Source: Myxococcota bacterium (GTDB lineage: Bacteria > Myxococcota_A > SURF-8). From it: a stretch of DNA of 64,000 nucleotides. The position numbers and the translations under genes are program-made. Below the pieces are notes generated by a model, which saw only the letters and a program-made list of their open reading frames with translations, did not search any database and was not told the origin of the DNA. The stretch's first letter is position 1, and every line of letters starts with the position of its first letter. Shown piece after piece: positions 1-9,789 of the stretch. Location of the stretch: the NCBI GenBank assembly GCA_965140415.1, contig OZ223209.1:3904001-3968000 (forward strand), written 5' to 3'.

Positions 1-1
1 T

Positions 2-109
2 CAGTTTAGCGCAAAGGCGGAGCGCTATAGGGTTTTAAATGGTTACTTCTCGCAACTGATCGAAAGCATTCGTCCCGACCGGGCAACCCCTTCTGAATCG
101 GAGCACTGA
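2..109 (+). CDS. 3' end of an upstream CDS (partial, unknown product)
   Basis: Open frame from base 2 (QFSAKAERYRVLNG...SESEH) to TGA at 107-109, 7 nt before the dusB ATG. Confidence 0.5.
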   Translation, partial: QFSAKAERYRVLNGYFSQLIESIRPDRATPSESEH

Positions 110-116
110 CACCCAC

Positions 117-1136
117 ATGCAGCCGCTAAGCAGTCCTATTCGCATCGGTTCCTGTACGATCCGTAACCGTCTTTTTCTGGCACCCGTCGATGGTGTTTTC
201 GACCGGGCGTTCCGGCTGTTGGCCGTACAGCACGGCGTGGGATTAACCTGCTCGGAAATGGTTTCTGCACGTGGGCTGCGTTACAGCAAATCCAAATTCC
301 TGGACAAAATCATCGGCGATCCACAGGAAAGCCCTTATCAGGTGCAACTTTCGGAACACGAACCGCAATTGCTGGCCGACGCTGCACGCTGGCTACAGGA
401 AGACGGCATTGCCGATATCGTCGATTTGAACATGGGTTGCCCCTCCCGCCTGGTGACAGGAAGCGGAAACGGCTCTGCATTGATGAAAAGCCCCGAACTG
501 GTGGCATCAATTGTTAGAGAAGTCCGTAAGGCAATCGATCTACCGCTCACGGTGAAAATCCGGGCAGGCTGGGACGATTCCAACCGCAACGCGGTGGACA
601 TCGCCTGGATCTGTCAGGAAGAAGGCGCTGACGCCGTTACCGTGCATGGCCGCACACGTAGCCAGGCTTTCGGAGGCAAGGCCGATTGGGAAATCATTGG
701 CCGGGTAAAGCGGCGTTTGTCCATTCCGGTAATCGGAAACGGAGATGTCGTCTCCGCCGCAGATGCCCGTCGTATCCGAGAAGTTTCCAATTGCGACGGC
801 ATCATGATCGCTCGTGGCGCATTCGGCAACCCGTGGCTGATCGACCGCATTCTGAAGGATGACGAGTCAATCGCTCCCGACCTGGATGAACTGGAAGAAA
901 CGATCCTGCTGCACATCGATCTGCAATGCCGGATCTGCGAAGAAAAACTGGCCATCCCGAGATTGCGCAAGCATCTTGCCTGGTATGTCAAAGGCTTATA
1001 TGGAGCCGCAGCCTTCCGCCGCACGGCCTTTATTCTCTCTAGCCGAACCGAACTGGAAACCGCGATCCGCGACTATTTCAAGCAACTGAAAACAAAAGCA
1101 ACGGAAATCGATACGGATTCCGGCCAATCGGTCTGA
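117..1136 (+). CDS. dusB: tRNA-dihydrouridine synthase B
   Basis: Motifs SEMVS, DLNMGCP, TVKIR.GWD, VHGRT, IGNGDV, MIARGAFGNPW. Confidence 0.93.
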   Translation: MQPLSSPIRIGSCTIRNRLFLAPVDGVFDRAFRLLAVQHGVGLTCSEMVSARGLRYSKSKFLDKIIGDPQESPYQVQLSEHEPQLLADAARWLQEDGIADIVDLNMGCPSRLVTGSGNGSALMKSPELVASIVREVRKAIDLPLTVKIRAGWDDSNRNAVDIAWICQEEGADAVTVHGRTRSQAFGGKADWEIIGRVKRRLSIPVIGNGDVVSAADARRIREVSNCDGIMIARGAFGNPWLIDRILKDDESIAPDLDELEETILLHIDLQCRICEEKLAIPRLRKHLAWYVKGLYGAAAFRRTAFILSSRTELETAIRDYFKQLKTKATEIDTDSGQSV

Positions 1137-1163
1137 ATTGAGCAGGCAGCAGGAGAAACCCCA

Positions 1164-2492
1164 TTGATCAGCCGACTGGCCACCCGACTGGAGTTGACGG
1201 AAGCGGAAAAGAAAACGTTCCGTCTTCTGATGGTGGCCTCTTTTTTCAGCGGTCTGATGGCCTCGGTCTGGTTGATCCTGCCGGAGATTGCACGAAACAC
1301 GCTGGGCGCCAGTAAAAATTACATTGCAATCATGACCTTGATCTGGCCCACCGGTCAACTGGTGGCCGCCTACTGGTCCTCTTACCTCGACGGCAGAAAA
1401 AGCAAGGCGCGTATCCTTGTGTTCATCGCGTTATTCGGTCGCTTTCCAATCGTGCTGGGGGCTCTGTTCAGCGAGGTGCAGCCCTTGCTGCTGTTGCTGC
1501 TTTTCATCGTGCTGAGCTGGCCGGCGATTATCGCCATTCAACATTCGATCATCCAGACCAACTTCAGAAAAGAAATCCGTGGCAAGCTGTTCAGCTATTA
1601 CATGTCCGGAACGACCTTAACCAGCCTGGTTTCCGTGTTGTTCATGGGATTGCTTTTGGACGCCAACGAACAGAATTACCGCTGGATTATCATGTTCGTA
1701 GGTGTCGCTGGGATGTTGGAACCGCTGATCCTATCCAAAATCGCCGTAACCAATTCCTTCCATTCCGTTTACAATCAAAATCGTGCAAATCGACGCAAAG
1801 CAAGCCAGGTATTTCTCAAACCATGGCGAAACCTGTACACGCTGTTTAAAGAGGATCGCAACTTCTTCCGCTATGAAATCAATTTCATGATTTACGGCAT
1901 GGGTTACATGATCTTGCAACCCTTTGTCACACTCTTTCTGGTCAACGATCTGCAATTGAACTACACACAGATCAGCCTGGCCAAAGGTACAATACTACAG
2001 GTCGGTGTGGTTTCGTTGCTGCCGATCATGGGCCGATTGTTCGATCGCCAGAATCCGATTCTGTTTGGCTCGCTCGTGTTTCTGATGATTAGCGTACTAC
2101 CGATTTCTTTCATCCTGACCGGGGTGCTCCAGCCTGAAAATCCTCAATATTACATCTATGCCGGATACGCCCTGCTCAGTTTCGGCTGGGCAGGCAACCA
2201 GATCGTGTGGAATCTCGGTTCGATGTTCTTTGCCGACAGCCGTGATGTCTCCAGCTATTCCGGCGCACACGTCGTCATGGTCGGTATACGTGGTTTATTG
2301 ACGATGGGCATTACGCTGTTGCTGGTCAACGTAGTCGATCCGTTATTCGCCTTTTCGTGCACGATTATCCTGTGGCTTGGGGCCAGCGCGAGCATGTATC
2401 GTCACTACCACATCAAATATCGAAACCAAACGATTGTTACCGGCGAACACGAACCGGCGCAGGTAAACCACCCGACTTTGACAGGCAAGTAA
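1164..2492 (+). CDS. MFS transporter (about 12 TM)
   Basis: Two hydrophobic 6-helix halves, RGK and GRLFDR loop motifs; TTG start after AGGAG. Confidence 0.8.
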   Translation: MISRLATRLELTEAEKKTFRLLMVASFFSGLMASVWLILPEIARNTLGASKNYIAIMTLIWPTGQLVAAYWSSYLDGRKSKARILVFIALFGRFPIVLGALFSEVQPLLLLLLFIVLSWPAIIAIQHSIIQTNFRKEIRGKLFSYYMSGTTLTSLVSVLFMGLLLDANEQNYRWIIMFVGVAGMLEPLILSKIAVTNSFHSVYNQNRANRRKASQVFLKPWRNLYTLFKEDRNFFRYEINFMIYGMGYMILQPFVTLFLVNDLQLNYTQISLAKGTILQVGVVSLLPIMGRLFDRQNPILFGSLVFLMISVLPISFILTGVLQPENPQYYIYAGYALLSFGWAGNQIVWNLGSMFFADSRDVSSYSGAHVVMVGIRGLLTMGITLLLVNVVDPLFAFSCTIILWLGASASMYRHYHIKYRNQTIVTGEHEPAQVNHPTLTGK

Positions 2493-2592
2493 CCCCGGAT
2501 ACCTGTCATAACCGATTCGATCTCCCCCTTGCCTACTTAACTATCAGTTCAAAGTTGCACCCTGATTCGGATGCGGTATGAGTTGCACCATG

Positions 2593-3012
2593 CTACTCTC
2601 CGAAGCACTGTACCATCACTCGGCGACTTCGGGCTTTGTTGTCCAGATCCACCAGTACGATCTGCTGCCAGGTACCCAAGGGCACCCTGCCATTCTCGAT
2701 GGGAAAGACGCGAGATGGTCCCAACAAGGCCGCCAATACATGACTATAGCCGTTGCCATCGCCCCAGGCGTTGTCGTGTTCGTATTGCCGCTCGGGTGGA
2801 GCGATTTCCTTCAAGGTCCGCTTTAAATCGTTCACCACGCCCGGCTCGAACTCGATTGTCGTAACCGATCCGGTCGAGCCGCCGACAAATACACAGGCTT
2901 GCCCCTGTTTCACACGGCTTGCTCCCACAGAGCCCAAAACCTGTTCCGTGATATCCAACACATCGATTTCATGTGTGGTCTGAATCTGAAACGTTGAAAG
3001 CGACGATGCCAT
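2593..3012 (-). CDS. yjbQ: YjbQ/UPF0047 family protein
   Basis: YEHD...NGYSH and LGTWQQIVLVDLD motifs. Confidence 0.92.
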   Translation of the reverse strand: MASSLSTFQIQTTHEIDVLDITEQVLGSVGASRVKQGQACVFVGGSTGSVTTIEFEPGVVNDLKRTLKEIAPPERQYEHDNAWGDGNGYSHVLAALLGPSRVFPIENGRVPLGTWQQIVLVDLDNKARSRRVMVQCFGE

Positions 3013-3045
3013 GTTCTCTTTCCTCCCACGGATGTTCGCGGACCA

Positions 3046-4800
3046 TCACCAATCGAAATACTGTCCCCAGAACTCACATTGTTGAGAACGGTAATCGCTG
3101 ACACGCTCGCTGCTCGATGCATTCCCAACCCGATACAGCGTCATTCGATCCGACGAATAGGGAAGCCAGTCTCGCATTCCCATGATCTCCTCTACTTCCC
3201 CTTTACTAGCGAAAGAGGTCCAGTCCGTCTGCAACCAATACCGAATAAAAGGCGCATCGTCATCTAGCAACCGGTCATCCAGTGAATCGAACAGGTAGGG
3301 CAATTCTGCACCATGATACGCGCCCAGTCCTTCCGATACCGCATAGGAACCGGAATAATCGAACAAGTAACCGTAAGTCGGCAGTTCTTTTTGCATATGC
3401 TGCTGCAATAGCCATTTCATCGGACAGACAAAGTACAGATCGCCAACAAGCGCGGATGCCGCTGCATGGGCATCACCGCCGTAATCGTCTACTGAATAGG
3501 CGGCCAGAACCGCTCCCGCCAGCGAACCGAAAATCGCCGTAACGAAATCTTCGTACTGCGAAGCCGTGCTGATGTGGTAAGGCGCTATGAACAACGTGCC
3601 CTCGTCGGTAGTCATTCCCGCCAGCAAAGGCACCTCGGCGCTATGACCCGCCCGGATGGCATCGCTCATGCTTTCCGTAAGCGCATAGCCGTCGATGACC
3701 GGTCGATAGGTATTTCCGTTACTCAATACGCTGGGCGTTCCCGGCATGGTGTCCAGAATGCGTTGCACGGATTTCTGTCGTAAACAGGCCGCCACATCCT
3801 GCTCGTTGCTGCATCCGATTTCTTCCGCGAAATCCCGCCCCTGATCGGTTGCAGGAGGCAATAAGCCATTTCTCTCGGTCAGTTTGTTCATGGCCGACAG
3901 GCACCCACCGCTTTGCATGATGGCCTTGTGGAACAAACCTTGCGACAAAGGAGACGCCATCAAGGCGCATACGCCTACCGCCCCCGCCGACTGGCCGAAA
4001 ATCGTGATGTTGTTTACATCGCCACCAAAAGCCTCGATGTTATCCTGCACCCATTGCAGTGCCGCGATCTGATCGAGCAGCCCGTAATTCCCTGCCCCGG
4101 GAACGTCGGAATCCTGATCGATGAAAGACTCGTGTACGAGATAGCCCAGAGCGCCCAGCCGGTAGTTGATCGTCACCACCACAACACCCTGTGCAGCCAG
4201 CTTATCGCCTTGGTACAGAGGCATCGAGCCGCTGCCGGAAACAAAGCCACCGCCGTGAATCCAGAGCATCACAGGAAGCGCTTGATTCTCCGCCTCCTTC
4301 GGAGCCCAGACATTCAACGTCAGGCAGTCTTCATCCCAACTCAACTGTTCACCGGTCACCGGCAGCGGCCCCTGCGGACAGGCGGGACTATAGGAAGCAG
4401 CATGAAGCACTTCGGAGTGATTCGGTGCAGGCTGGGGCGCTCTCCAGCGCAACTCGCCGATGGGAGCCGCCGCATAGGCAATCCCCTTGTAACTCCAAGT
4501 TTTCGTATCACTGCTCCAGACGCCCTGCACCGGTCCCTGTTCAGTATGAACCAAACCCTCAACAACCGCTTCTTCTTCCAGCTCAGATACTTCAGAATCC
4601 AAATCGGTTTCAGCGTCTCCATCCACTAACTCACTGTCGCCATCCGGCAGAATCGGAAGATCGCCGTCAACCGACGCATCCCCGTCCATCGATTCGTTAT
4701 CATTATCTGAAGTAGCATCCACATCACCCGTTTCGGAACAGGCAAAACTCAGAAGCAATACCAGCATCAAAATCACGTATATCAGTATCGATCGCAGCAT
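3046..4800 (-). CDS. Type-B carboxylesterase lipoprotein with N-terminal DGD linker
   Basis: Lipobox SFAC; EDCLTLNVW, WIHGGG, GQSAG nucleophile, HGAEL; four DGD units after the lipobox. Confidence 0.92.
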   Translation of the reverse strand: MLRSILIYVILMLVLLLSFACSETGDVDATSDNDNESMDGDASVDGDLPILPDGDSELVDGDAETDLDSEVSELEEEAVVEGLVHTEQGPVQGVWSSDTKTWSYKGIAYAAAPIGELRWRAPQPAPNHSEVLHAASYSPACPQGPLPVTGEQLSWDEDCLTLNVWAPKEAENQALPVMLWIHGGGFVSGSGSMPLYQGDKLAAQGVVVVTINYRLGALGYLVHESFIDQDSDVPGAGNYGLLDQIAALQWVQDNIEAFGGDVNNITIFGQSAGAVGVCALMASPLSQGLFHKAIMQSGGCLSAMNKLTERNGLLPPATDQGRDFAEEIGCSNEQDVAACLRQKSVQRILDTMPGTPSVLSNGNTYRPVIDGYALTESMSDAIRAGHSAEVPLLAGMTTDEGTLFIAPYHISTASQYEDFVTAIFGSLAGAVLAAYSVDDYGGDAHAAASALVGDLYFVCPMKWLLQQHMQKELPTYGYLFDYSGSYAVSEGLGAYHGAELPYLFDSLDDRLLDDDAPFIRYWLQTDWTSFASKGEVEEIMGMRDWLPYSSDRMTLYRVGNASSSERVSDYRSQQCEFWGQYFDW

Positions 4801-4816
4801 CTGTACTATCCCAGTG

Positions 4817-4840
4817 AAAAGGGGGAGCTAACGCTCCCCC
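4817..4840 (-). terminator. Intrinsic terminator downstream of tkt
   Basis: GGGGGAGC-taac-GCTCCCCC hairpin (4821-4840) followed by a T-run on the minus strand. Confidence 0.75.
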
Positions 4841-4870
4841 GAAAATCGACACAATCCATCAATCGAATGA

Positions 4871-6886
4871 CTATCCTGCCAGAGCTTTCTTGACGGCCCC
4901 GGCGACATTCTCCCCGGTGAATCCGAATTTCTCCTGCAATACGCCGCCCGGTGCACTGGCGCCATAACGATCCATGCCAACCGCCACGCCTTTCAATCCG
5001 ATGTAGCGCTCCCAGCCAAAGGTAGCTCCCGCTTCCACGGATACACGCGCGGTAATCGCAGAAGGCAATACGCTTTCCTTGTATGCCTCATCCTGCTGTT
5101 CGAACAGTTCCCAACTCGGCATGGAAACAACGCGCACGCCGATCCCTTCCGCCGCCAGTTGTTCCTGCGCCTGCAAGGCGATGTGAACTTCCGAACCGGT
5201 CGCAATGATGATCGCCTGGGGCGCTGCGCCGTCGGCATCGCGCAATACATAGGCGCCACGCGCCAGATTGCTGGCGGGAGCGAAGACGCTGCGGTCTAAG
5301 GTTGGTAATCCCTGGCGGCTGAATACCAACATGGCCGGACCGTTCGTTTGCTGAACCGCCACTTTCCAAGCTTCGGCGGTTTCGTTGGCATCGCAGGGAC
5401 GCAACACCGTCAGTTTCGGCATGGCGCGCCAGCTCATCAAATGTTCTACCGGCTGATGCGTGGGACCGTCCTCGCCGACATGGAAAGAGTCATGCGTGAA
5501 CACGTAAAGTACCGGCAGGCCGTTCATGGCGGCCAGACGGATGGAAGGACGCATGTAATCGGAAAACACGAAAAACGTACCGGTAAAGGGTCGCACGCCG
5601 CCATGATAAGCCATGCCATTGGCGATAGCAGCCATGGCGTGCTCGCGAACACCAAAATGAATGTTGCGCCCTGCGCCGCTCTGACCGTCAAACGACCCCA
5701 TGCTCGTCAAGGCTGTTTTGGTCGAGCAGGACAGATCGGCATCGCCGCCAACGAGTGCCGGATAGTTCTGCGCGATGGCATTCAGACATTTCCCGCTGCT
5801 GACGCGCGTCGCCAGTTTTTCACCGACTTCAAACACCGGCAGCGCCTGGTCCCAACCCTGCGGCAGTTCACCGGCTAAAGTCTGTAAGAATTCCGCATGT
5901 AATTCAGGATAGGCTTTTGCATAGGCTTCCAGCTTTTTCTGCCACTGCTCGTTGGCAGCTTTACCCGTCTGAATCGTTTCCTCGACGTGACGTTTCGCAT
6001 CATCGGGCACCATAAAACTCTGTTGCGCATCCCAACCCAGAGTCTGCTTGGTCAACGCGACTTCATCCACTCCTAAAGGGCTGCCATGACAGGAAGCGGT
6101 GCCCTGCTTGTTGGGGGAACCGTAACCGATGGTGGTTTTTACGATGATGATTGAGGGGCGTTTGGTATCGGCTTTCGCCTGCGAAATCGCATCGTTTAGC
6201 GCGTCGAGATCGGTATCGCCCTGCTTGACATGCAACACCTGCCAGCCATAGGCTTCGTAACGCTTGCCGACATCCTCCACAGAGAACGTCAGATCGGCTG
6301 GACCGTCTAACGTGACATCGTTAGCATCGTACAAATAAATCAGTTTCCCCAGGCCCAACTGACCGGCTAAGCTTGCCGCCTCGGTAGAAATGCCTTCCAT
6401 CAGATCGCCATCGGAAACCAATGCGAAGGAAAAATGATCCACAATCTCATGGTCCGGGCGATTGAAACGATTTGCCAATGCGCGCTCGGCAATGGCCATA
6501 CCGACCGCATTTGCCGTCCCCTGCCCCAACGGACCGGTAGTGGCTTCTACGCCGGGAACGTGGCGATATTCCGGATGCCCCGGCGTCAGGCTGCCCCATT
6601 GGCGGAAATCCTTGATATCGTCCATGGAAAGTGAAAAACCGAACAGATGCAACAGGCTGTAAATCAACATGGAGCCATGTCCGGCGGAGAGGATAAAGCG
6701 GTCACGATCCGGCCAGCTCGGTTGGCTGGGATCTTGTTTCAGGTGGTTTTTCCACAAGGCATACGCCATCGGTGCGGCCCCCAAAGGTAGACCGGGATGA
6801 CCGGAGTTCGCTTTCTGAATGGCGTCGATCGACAAGGTTCGAATCGTGTTTACGCACAACATGTCCAGGGATTGCTTCTCGCCCAT
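4871..6886 (-). CDS. tkt: Transketolase
   Basis: [45 protein letters not shown]. Confidence 0.98.
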   Translation of the reverse strand: MGEKQSLDMLCVNTIRTLSIDAIQKANSGHPGLPLGAAPMAYALWKNHLKQDPSQPSWPDRDRFILSAGHGSMLIYSLLHLFGFSLSMDDIKDFRQWGSLTPGHPEYRHVPGVEATTGPLGQGTANAVGMAIAERALANRFNRPDHEIVDHFSFALVSDGDLMEGISTEAASLAGQLGLGKLIYLYDANDVTLDGPADLTFSVEDVGKRYEAYGWQVLHVKQGDTDLDALNDAISQAKADTKRPSIIIVKTTIGYGSPNKQGTASCHGSPLGVDEVALTKQTLGWDAQQSFMVPDDAKRHVEETIQTGKAANEQWQKKLEAYAKAYPELHAEFLQTLAGELPQGWDQALPVFEVGEKLATRVSSGKCLNAIAQNYPALVGGDADLSCSTKTALTSMGSFDGQSGAGRNIHFGVREHAMAAIANGMAYHGGVRPFTGTFFVFSDYMRPSIRLAAMNGLPVLYVFTHDSFHVGEDGPTHQPVEHLMSWRAMPKLTVLRPCDANETAEAWKVAVQQTNGPAMLVFSRQGLPTLDRSVFAPASNLARGAYVLRDADGAAPQAIIIATGSEVHIALQAQEQLAAEGIGVRVVSMPSWELFEQQDEAYKESVLPSAITARVSVEAGATFGWERYIGLKGVAVGMDRYGASAPGGVLQEKFGFTGENVAGAVKKALAG

Positions 6887-7038
6887 GTTTGCTTCCTCTC
6901 TTGCAAGCGCTATAGGTTACGGTTGGTTCTCATCATGTTTTTCCGAATTGGGAATAGAATGCGATGACATTATACAGATCACCTCCGTTTTGGCAACCTA
7001 TCAAATTCACTGTCGTCAAATTCACGAATGGTTCGGTT

Positions 7039-7785
7039 TTACGGGAGGTATTCGAGCGGATCGATGGGCTGCTTGTGATAGCGGATCTCAAAATGTACGT
7101 GCGGACCGGTGGTGCGTCCGGTCTGACCGACCTTGCCAATGACATCGCCTTTGCGGACGCGATCCCCCTTATGTACGCTATTAAACTGATTGTGTGCGTA
7201 CACCGTGTAAAAACCGTGATCGTGCTGTATCAGCACCATGTTTCCGAAGCCGCGCTGGGTATTATCCGAATAGATGACCGTTCCGGCAGCGGCGGCAACA
7301 ATAGGCGTTCCCTGCGGGGCGCTGATGTCGATGCCGGTGTGCATCTTGCCATGCCGTGGACCGAAACCGGAGGTCAGCACGCCTTCCACCGGCCAGCGGA
7401 AAACCACCTTGTTCTTCGGAGCGATACTCGACCCCGACTTTCCCTTGGATTTTCCGATAGATGTAGAGGAACCGCCGTGATTTCTTTTGTTACCGCGTTT
7501 AGCGGATTTGGTGTGCTGATCCGGTTTGGACTGATCGACACGCTTCACGCGACTGGCTCCCGGAATGAACAACTGTTCGCCGGGATAGATCGTGTTGGCG
7601 TTACGAAGAAAGTTGGCTTCTTTTAACTGCTGTACGGGAATGTCGTAGGTACGCGAAATGGCGTAGAGCGTCTCCCCTTTATGCACCGTGTGGTATATAC
7701 CGAACGCTGTATGGCAGCCGGAGATCACACCGATGGCCACGATGAAAAGAAACAGCGGGTAGAGCTTTAAAAATACACTGCGCAA
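7039..7785 (-). CDS. nlpD: LysM + M23 peptidase lipoprotein (NlpD-like)
   Basis: Lipobox ISGC, LysM (HTVHKGETLYAIS), M23 HTGID and HVHFE; synteny with surE. Confidence 0.85.
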   Translation of the reverse strand: MRSVFLKLYPLFLFIVAIGVISGCHTAFGIYHTVHKGETLYAISRTYDIPVQQLKEANFLRNANTIYPGEQLFIPGASRVKRVDQSKPDQHTKSAKRGNKRNHGGSSTSIGKSKGKSGSSIAPKNKVVFRWPVEGVLTSGFGPRHGKMHTGIDISAPQGTPIVAAAAGTVIYSDNTQRGFGNMVLIQHDHGFYTVYAHNQFNSVHKGDRVRKGDVIGKVGQTGRTTGPHVHFEIRYHKQPIDPLEYLP

Positions 7786-7807
7786 GGCATCCCATTCGGC
7801 TAATTAC

Positions 7808-8419
7808 CTAATGAAATGCGTATTTTACCACAACGAAGCCAAGAATCAAGAGTACGGAGAAGACAATCGCCAGTAAATCGAAGTATTTATCGATCCAGTT
7901 CTTGATCGGATCACCGAATTTGTAGATCAACACGCCTTCCATTCCAAAACGGAAGCCGCGACCGACCAGGGATGCGATCAGGAAGGTTGCAATATCGCTT
8001 TTGCACACACCCGCTGTAATCGTGAAGACTTTATAGGGAATCGGCGTGATGGCAGCGATCACAACTGCCAGAAAACTGTTCTCGTTAAATACCGTCGTAA
8101 GTTGTTCGTAAACCGCCTGGGCATTGTAGAATTCGATAATGGACTTGCCCACCGTTTCGAACAGACCATAACCGATGTAATATCCCAAGATCCCACCAAT
8201 AACGGAAGCGAAGGTGCAATAGGCTGCGAAATGAATCGCCTTGGAGCGGTTTCCAAGCGCCAAAGCCATTAGTAGCGGATCGGGAGGAATCGGAAAGAAA
8301 GAGGACTCTGCAAACGATAGCGTAACCAGAGCCGGAGTCCCATATTTAGTGTCGGCCCAATGCAGTACCCAGTCGTATAACGCACGCACCCAAGACATCA
8401 CTTTGCGGTACAGTCCCAT
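7808..8419 (-). CDS. YqaA/DedA (VTT) family membrane protein
   Basis: SFAESSFFPIPPD and TPIPYKVFTI motifs. Confidence 0.9.
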   Translation of the reverse strand: MGLYRKVMSWVRALYDWVLHWADTKYGTPALVTLSFAESSFFPIPPDPLLMALALGNRSKAIHFAAYCTFASVIGGILGYYIGYGLFETVGKSIIEFYNAQAVYEQLTTVFNENSFLAVVIAAITPIPYKVFTITAGVCKSDIATFLIASLVGRGFRFGMEGVLIYKFGDPIKNWIDKYFDLLAIVFSVLLILGFVVVKYAFH

Positions 8420-8445
8420 CTACGGTTTCTCCAGGAGTAAAAGCG

Positions 8446-9186
8446 CTACCATTCCCAATCGTTCATCGATTCGAGCATGGAATGGGCGGTCAGGTTAAGG
8501 GAAAGCGGCGTGACCGACACCATCCCGTTTTCTATCACTTCCATATCGCTTCCCGGTACCGGTTCGACGCCCATGGCGTCTCCGCCGATCCAGTAATATT
8601 CTTTTCCTCGCGGGTCCAATCGCTTGACCACAAACTGGCGGTAGTCGCGCCGTCCCAGGCGCGTCAAACGAATCTGCGCCTTTTCCGCGTCGATCTGCGG
8701 CGGGATATTGACGTTCAATAGGCGACGCGCAGGCAGTCCCTGCTTGGCCACTTTTACGGCGATACGCCGCGCCACTTTTGCGGCCTCGGTATAATTCAGG
8801 TTAGCGAAACCGACGATCGAAAACGCAATAGAAGGAATGTTGAGCACCGCGCCTTCCATGGCGGCGGCAACAGTGCCGGAATAGGTAACATCGTCTCCCA
8901 GGTTCGGTCCACGGTTGATGCCGGAGAGGATGATGTCCGGCGGTTTGGGCAGAACCTGATGAAGGCCCACATAGACCGAATCGGTCGGGGTGCCATCCAC
9001 CGAAACCCAACGCTCGGATAAATACTTTATTCGCAACGGGCGACTCAATGTCAGTTTGTGCGACGAGGCGCTCTGCTCACGATCGGGAGCCACCACCCAG
9101 ACTTCGTGATCCGGCTCAAAGACTTCCGCCAAAGCCTTGATTCCCTCCGCCTGGATTCCATCGTCGTTCGTCACCAGAATGCGCAT
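8446..9186 (-). CDS. surE: 5'/3'-nucleotidase SurE
   Basis: ILVTNDDG, GTPTD, SGINRGPNLG, YSGTVAAAMEG. Confidence 0.97.
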   Translation of the reverse strand: MRILVTNDDGIQAEGIKALAEVFEPDHEVWVVAPDREQSASSHKLTLSRPLRIKYLSERWVSVDGTPTDSVYVGLHQVLPKPPDIILSGINRGPNLGDDVTYSGTVAAAMEGAVLNIPSIAFSIVGFANLNYTEAAKVARRIAVKVAKQGLPARRLLNVNIPPQIDAEKAQIRLTRLGRRDYRQFVVKRLDPRGKEYYWIGGDAMGVEPVPGSDMEVIENGMVSVTPLSLNLTAHSMLESMNDWEW

Positions 9187-9426
9187 TGCAGCATCGATCC
9201 TTTCTTATTTATGGCGTACTCTTATACTCAATCGAACGAATGGGATCAAGGAAAAACGGGAAAACACGGAATCTGCATGTATGAATTTCACAGATCCACC
9301 ACTCTCACTTCCGTGAATTTCTTTGCGTCGCTGCATCCTTTTTGGTATGGTCTTTCCGTCTAACTGTTGGAATGGAAAACAATAGCGAATACCGAACGCA
9401 AACGCACCGAATAGGGAGAGATTCGC

Positions 9427-9636
9427 GTGGGCAGACGCACGGTCCAGAAGAAAATCGTCATCACCAAAAAAGACGGCCAGGTTCGGGTGCCGATCAGTTT
9501 TCAACGCACCGCCATGGTGCTATTGGCCAGCACCGCCGCAATGTGGACCGTGGTAAATTATGGCGACTCGCTACGGGAGTTACTCTCGCAATTATGGGTC
9601 TGGCTATTGACGTTGGTAGACGGCACACCAAAATAG
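9427..9636 (+). CDS. Small single-TM hypothetical protein (69 aa), weakly Flp-pilin-like
   Basis: GTG start after AGGGAGAG; basic N-terminus followed by a hydrophobic helix; fills the surE/FHA gap. Confidence 0.5.
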   Translation: MGRRTVQKKIVITKKDGQVRVPISFQRTAMVLLASTAAMWTVVNYGDSLRELLSQLWVWLLTLVDGTPK

Positions 9637-9683
9637 GCGGGCATCCAAGCGTTCAGTCAACACAAAAACAAACGGAAAACAGC

Positions 9684-9713
9684 TTGACGACATTCGTGCA
9701 ATGCTGTTATGAA
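9684..9713 (+). promoter_or_regulatory. Putative sigma70-type promoter
   Basis: TTGACG (9684-9689) and TGnTATGAA extended -10 (9705-9713) upstream of the ORF at 9790. Confidence 0.35.
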
Positions 9714-9789
9714 TAACGGACAATTTATTTAAATTCAACAGCTTACCGATCCATAAACTAGGTGGATAATCGCAAATGCGAAGGAGAAA

